Shown: piece by piece, positions 56,651 to 64,000 of the stretch
Numbering within the stretch: the first letter of the stretch is position 1
Layout: each line of letters begins with the position of its first letter
NCBI RefSeq assembly: GCF_009914755.1
Contig: NC_060936.1
DNA from: the human T2T-CHM13v2.0 reference genome, Homo sapiens
DNA length: 64,000 nt
Strand: one strand, 5' to 3'
Translations under genes and position numbers: made by a program
Notes under the pieces: generated by a model
Told to the model about the DNA's origin: nothing
The model's input: the letters and a program-made list of their open reading frames with translations, nothing else
The model's database searches: none

Positions 56651-59096
56651 TGTATTATATTGTTTTTTCATTGCTATAAAGAAATACCTGAACCTGGGTG
56701 ATTTATAAAGAAAAGAGTTTTAATTGGCTCATGGTTCTGCAGGGTGTACAGGCAGCATGGTGCCAGCACCTGCTTCTGGTGAGACCTCACAGAACTTACA
56801 ATTATGGTGGAATACAAAGGGAAGCCAGCACATCACGTGGCAAGAATGGGAGCAAGAGAGCAAGGGGAGAAGTGCCACCCTTTTAAACAATCAGATCTCA
56901 CGTGAACTAACCAAGTGAGGACTCACAATGGTGCTAAGCCGTTGATGAGGGATCCACCCCCATGATCCAATCACCTCCCACAAGGCCCCTTCCCAACAGT
57001 GAGGATCACATTTTGACATGAGATTTGGAGGGGGCCAACATCCCAACCGTATCATTCTGCCCCTGGTCCCCCAAATCTCATGTCCTTCTCATATTGCAAA
57101 ATACAATCATGCCTTCCCAACAGTCCTCCAAAGTCTTAACTCATTCCAGCATTTACTCAGAAGTCCCACGTCTCAAGTCCCAAGCTCTAAGTCTCATTTG
57201 CAGATAAGTTCCTTCTACCTATGAGCCTGTAAAATCACGTCGTTTACTTCCAAGATACAGTGGTGGTCTAGGCGTTGGGTAAAGATTCCCATTCCAAATG
57301 TGACAAATTGGCCAAAGAAAGGGGCAACAAGGCCCATACCACTCTGAAACATAGCAGGGCAGTCATTAGATCTTAAATCTCCAAAATAATCCTTGACTCC
57401 GTGCCCCACATCCGGGCACACTGGTGCAAGGGGTAGGCTCCTGTGGCTTTGCAGGGTGCAGCTCCCACGGCTGCTCTCACAGGTTAGAGTTAAGTGCCTG
57501 TGGCTTTTCCAGGCTCAGAATGCAAGCTGTTGGTGGATCTACCATTCTGGGGCCTGAAGGGTGACCCTCTTCTCACCAACTCCACTGGGCAGTGCCCCAG
57601 TGGGGACTCTGTGTGGGAGCTGCAACCCCACAGTTCCCCTCAGCCTGTCCTAGCGGAGCTTTTCTGTGGGGGCTCCACCCCTGTGGCAGGCTTCTAGCTT
57701 GGAACCCAGACTTTCCCATAAATCTTCTGAAATCTAGGTGGAAGCCACCAAGCCTCCTTCATGCTTGCATTCTGTGCACCCGCAGGCTTAACAACATGTG
57801 GAAGCCCCAAAGGCTAATGGCTTGCACCCTCAGAACTCTGGCCCAAGCTACACCCAGGGTCCTTTGAGCTGAGGCTGGAGTCAGAGTGCCCAGGATGCAG
57901 GGAGCAGTGTCCTGAAGCTGTGCAGGGCAGCGGGGCCCTGGACCTGGCCCCTGAAACTATTCTTTCCTCCTAGGCCTCTGGGCTGTGATGGGAGGGGCTG
58001 CCTAAAAGATCTCTGAAATGCATTTGAGGCCTGTTTCCTGTTGTCTTGGATATTAGCACTTGGGTCCTTTTTAGTCATGCTAGTTTCTCTAGCAAGTAGT
58101 CACTCCACAGCCTGCTTGGATTCCTCTTTTGAAAATGCTTTTTCCTTCTCTGCCACATGGCTAGGTTGTGAATTTCTGAAACTTTTATGCTCTGCTTCCT
58201 TTTTAACTATAAGTTCCAACTTTAAGTCATTTCTTTGCTTCTGTATCTGAGCATAGGTTATTAGAAGCAGCCAGGTCCCATCTTGAATGCTTTGCTTCTT
58301 AGAAATTTCTTCCACCAGATACCCTAGGTTATCACTCTTTTAAGTTCAAACTTCCATAAAGCCCTAGGACACAGATACAATGCAGCCAGGTTCTTTGCTT
58401 AGGCATAATATGGGTGATCTTTACTCCAGTTCCCTTAACTTTCTCATTTCCAGCTGAGACCACATCAGCCTGGACTTCACTGTCCAAATCACTATTGGCA
58501 TTTTGGTCACAACCATTTAACCACTCTCCAAGGAGTTCCAAACAATTCCTCACCTTCCTGTCTTCTTCTGAGCTCTCCAAACTCTTCCACCCTCTGCCTA
58601 TTACCCAGTCCCAAAGCTGCTTCCACACTTTCAGGTATCTTTATAGCAATGCCCCACTCCTCTGTACCAATTTTCCATGTTAGGCCATTTTTGTATTGCT
58701 ATAAAGAAATACTGAGGCTGGGTAATTTATAAGGAAAACAGACTTGATTGGCTCATGGTTCTGCAGGCTGTACAGAAAACAGGGTGCAGGCATCTGCTCA
58801 GCTTCTAGTGAGGCCTCAGGAAGCTTCCAATCATGGTGGAAGACAAAGAGGAGCCAGCATGTCACACAGTGACAGCAACAGCAAGAAAGCCAGGGAGGAG
58901 GTGCCACACACTTTTCAACAACCAGAATTCACATGAACTAACTGAGCAAGAACTCACTTATCACCCAGGGATAGTGCCCAGCCATTCATGAGGGACCTGC
59001 TCCCGTGACCCAAACACCTCCCACCAGGTCCTACCTCCAGCACTGGGATCACATTTCACATGAGATTTGGGGGAGACACACATCCAAACCATATCA
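56651..59096 (-). mobile_element. Full-length MSTA MaLR provirus: LTR 56651-57054, internal 57055-58675, LTR 58676-59096
   Basis: Two direct LTRs (ttgctataaagaaatac...catgagatttgg...atca), MST/THE1-type internal sequence, 5-bp TSD ccata/acata. Confidence 0.92.
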
Positions 59097-60735
59097 ACAT
59101 AACCCAGCAATCTGGATGCAGAAAACACACAAATGACACACTAGAGGTCTCTACAGGGAGAGAATGGGGTGCTGGACAGAGGACAAAGAGGAGTGTGCCC
59201 TAGGCGGGGCAGCAAAGGCCTCTCCAGCGTGTAACATCGCCCCACCCTGCCAGCCAGCATTACTTCCCTGTTTTATTTTCTTCATTGCTCTTGCTGCTGT
59301 CTGAAATTACCTCGTTATATACCAACTGTCTGCCACTCTGTGAGAATGCAAACTCTGTAAGGACCTTATTTATCTTGCCTGATGCATTGTAACTATTCAA
59401 ATATCTGTGGGAGAGAGGAAGACAGGACCTGAGGAGGACACATGAGAGGGAGGAAAAGACCAAGGAGGGGTGGGCAGGGCGGAGAGTCAGAGAAACACCA
59501 GCAGTGGAGGGAGGCTCTGGGGCCATAGAACAGGCCCCAAACCATTGATTTCCACTTTAGGGAATTTATTGAGATTTTCTTTCTGAACTAAAAATATGAT
59601 CTATGTTTGTAAATGTTGCATAGACACAGAAAAAAATGTGTGGTTACTACACAGAGCGAACAGAGTTCAATTATTCAAACATTCACACACAGGCACACAC
59701 ATGTATATACAGGCAAACACAGATACATATGTGCACACACACACACCATCAACTTCAGCTCTCCCTCAGCTCCTCGAATTTGCCCTTGTTTGGACACCAT
59801 CTTGAAGCCAGCCAGAATGAAAAGGGAGGGACGTTGGCTTCAGACAGAGCAGCTCAGGTCAAGGCACAGGCGACGGGAATGTGGGCGGAGGCACCACGCA
59901 GCCCATGGCAGAGGAGACAAGAGGGAAGATGCTGGGAGAGCCAGGAGTGAAAGGAGGATGCTGGTGGGAGCGCTGTCCTGGAATCCAGCCCTTCTGGGGA
60001 ATGGAGGAAGCTCTCTCATGTCCATCTTAGAGCATGGGTTCCAGCAAGGCCGGCCTGCAGGCTTGGGGCTGGGGACACGGTGGAGGGTGGGGAGAAGGGA
60101 CATGGCCAGCTGCTCTGCCAGCAGAATAAAGAGAGGTTTCTGTGTGGGCCCCGGGAGGGCCAGGAGCGAGAGAGCGAGCCTCGGTTTGTCTAATGTTCTA
60201 TGGAAGATGGTTCTTAAAGGGGTTGGGGGACCCGGCAAGAATCACAAGGGAGCCATCTGAGAGGCACCTTCCCTCCCACAGGGGAAGGGAGGGAAGAGGA
60301 GGAGGAAGTAGGATCTCCAGGGACCCCTGGCAGGCAGGGGCTAGAATTCTGCCCGTCCCAGTGGGGCTGGGCCAGCTCCTGACAGCGTCATACAGAGAGA
60401 AGCTTTCCCTTTCATGTCCCCTCTCCTGGGACTAAGCCAGTGCATTTGTGTCCTGAGGCAAACAAAATGCCACAAACCAAGTGTCTTAAACAACAGAAAT
60501 TTCCTCTCTCAGCTCTGGAGGCTGGAAGTCTGAGATCAAGCAGCCCCAGCAGGCCTGTTTCTTTCTGAGGCTGTCAGGAGAATCTGCCCCGGGCTCCCCC
60601 TGACTCCTGGCAGCCTCAGGCACTCCTCCGCTTGTGAGCGACCTCCCCGCGTCTTCACACCGTCTTCCCTCCACGTTTGTCTATCTCTGTGCCCAAACTT
60701 CCCCTTTCTAAAATTTTTATGTTATTAACTTTCTA

Positions 60736-61205
<470 letters not shown>

Positions 61206-61634
61206 AAATTTCCCTCCCTTAAAGAACACTAGTCATATGGGATGAGGGCACATCCTCATGTCCTCATCTTAACTTTGCCCATCTGCAAAGACCCTATTTG
61301 CAAATAAGGTCACATTCACAGGTACTGGGAGTTAGGACTTCAACACCTTTGTGGGATGGGAGGGCCACAGTTCAGCTCATAACAGCCAGGAAATAAAGCA
61401 GAGATCACCCCCTCTACACACACTGCAGGCTCCCAGCCGGAAGCAGGCCCCGGGAGGAGAAAGAAAAAGTTCTAAGTTCAGACGAGGTCAGATGTGGTTT
61501 GGATATTCTCATAACTAAACTGATAGAGCTTGGGGGATGGAAGACAGAGAAAGATCCATCGTCGAAGCAATGCAGCGGCATCCACCGGCACCTCCGTCCA
61601 GGGCACAGGGGAGAAGTGACCCGCAGAAGGGCTG

Positions 61635-61744
61635 TGCGGGGGCAGTGAGGGCAGAGGATGGAGCCCCAGCTGCGGGGGGCAGTGAGGGCGGAGGATGGAG
61701 CCCCAGCTGCGGGGGGCAGTGAGGGCGGAGGATGGAGCCCCAGC
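61635..61744 (+). repeat. 36-37-bp G-rich minisatellite, 3 copies
   Basis: Unit tgcggggggcagtgagggcggaggatggagccccagc. Confidence 0.95.
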
Positions 61745-62904
61745 GCACTAGGCCCCAGGTCCCGCCTTCCACTCAAACATTTTATCTCGTTTCAGTGTGC
61801 GATCCCCAACCTCTGATGTTACACGGAACCAGCTACCCAACGAGTTGTTTTTTACATTTCCCTTTTGGTGTTCTATTTATCTGGCCTTAAACAGGCCTGG
61901 CTGAGAATATTTAAAATCAGAGAACGCACGGCTGGACACAAGGCAAACCGTATTCCACACGCGCATTTGCTTAGGAGCAGAGTTCAGCAACGTGACGCTG
62001 CCTCCCAAGGGCTTGGGTTGTTCCCCCATCCTCTCTCCACGACTCCGTCCCACCTTCCCAGTACTTAAAAGACGACGGCAGTAACCAACAATGAATGCCC
62101 CAGCTCAGGAGAGCAGCTTTGTGACCGGAAGGCCACGGCTTCCAGGAGCCTGAGGAGGGAAGGTCAGCCCTGAGGAGGGAACAGCACAAGCCAGGCTCGC
62201 GTGTTGACATGAAGGGTTCTCTGAGCCCAGCCTGAGCAAATACTAACACACACCGCCTGTGCTGGCTACTGTCTAGCAGCCACTGGTCCCGAAACTCCAC
62301 ACAGTCAGGCCATCTCTGAAGCCGCCAACACGCACCTACTTTCTGGGCAAGAACACAAATCTGTCATTTGCACTCGTGTATTTGCAATCGGTGCGAACAC
62401 TCACAGTCTCTATGCTGCATGTGGGGAACACGCAGCCATTTCAACTATGAAAAAAAAGAAGACGGCAGACAACAGTTTAAAAAAAGGAGACCAGGAGCAT
62501 CATATTTCACTGAGTAAATTGACAAAAGGTCAAAAAGCTTGATCTTGGCCACTGATGTGCTTGGTCTGAAAGCTAAACTGCCACTTAAATATTCATAGGC
62601 AAGCGCAGTAGCTGCAGCCTCCAGTTGCTCTGAGTCCACAGAGGAGCAAGGCTGGGGCCATTTTATGAGAAAAAACAAGCTCCCTCCCGAGCCGGGTTCT
62701 GGGCAGGAGAGGACTCTGCTCCTGCAACCAGCCCGCACCCGCTGAGCCTTCGTTGCTGTGTCCTGTATCCCAGAAGAATGTGAGTGATGATCTTGCACAG
62801 GGAGGCGGGTGGCAATAGACCAGGCGGAGATGCAAGTGCACAACGTGAGAAAAAATGCTGAAACTCTCGGCTCTAAACCATGCTCCTGGCATCCTCACCT
62901 CACT

Positions 62905-63000
62905 CAACCTCCCTTCCTCCACCATACCAACCTCCCTTCCTCCACCATGCCAACCTCCCTTCCTCCACCATGCCAGCCTCCCTCCCTCCACCATGCCAGC
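62905..63000 (+). repeat. 23-bp minisatellite, 4 copies
   Basis: Unit caacctcccttcctccaccatgc. Confidence 0.92.
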
Positions 63001-63263
63001 ACAGGGACTCCCCGTAAATCATCTTCATCCCCCTTTGTGGAAAAGACTGAAGATCTGTATATGACAAGGTCAAGAGTGGGCTCACCCAGTGCTATCCAAG
63101 AGAAACACCGTGTCAGCCACCTGCATAACTTTACACTGTCTAGTGGTCACCTTAAAAAAAGTGGAAAGTAACAGATAAAACTAATTTTCATATTTTATTT
63201 CACTCAATGTATCCGAAATATTACCATTTCAACATGGAATGAATAATTAAAATTATTAATGTC

Positions 63264-63591
<328 letters not shown>

Positions 63592-63664
63592 TTATTTCAC
63601 TCAATATATCCAAAATATTACCATTTCAACATGGAATGAATTAATAATTAAAATTATTAATGCC

Positions 63665-63979
<315 letters not shown>

Positions 63980-64000
63980 TTACATTCTTTTTTTTTTTCC

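Noticed and set aside
62905-63000. Second PRDM9-motif array
   Set aside because: Contains CCTCCCT but the spacing does not fit CCNCCNTNNCCNC

Overview
Primate genomic DNA, almost certainly human (AluY and a near-consensus AluYc1-type copy are present). The window is intergenic or intronic. I found no recognisable protein-coding exon, RNA gene or prokaryotic system, and I cannot name the locus. A large share is interspersed repeat: about 20 Alu/FLAM copies, old L1/HAL1, L2/MIR, ERV1/ERVL/MaLR LTRs including a complete MSTA provirus, and Tigger/MER DNA transposons. There are also several minisatellites. All long ORFs come from tandem repeats or Alus. Best leads: (1) a ~970-bp 12-mer array built from overlapping perfect PRDM9 hotspot 13-mers (CCTCCCTNNCCAC); (2) a CpG-rich segment with a perfect-Kozak 90-aa ORF resembling a mitochondrial presequence, starting inside a candidate intron; (3) two local templated insertions, one inverted inside a TA-rich tract; (4) an AluY flanked by a ~110-bp duplication that ends exactly at a resident AluS; (5) a twin-primed L1, a nested-LTR deletion and a probably polymorphic AluYc1. 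Repeat subfamily names come from recalled consensus sequences, not a database search.
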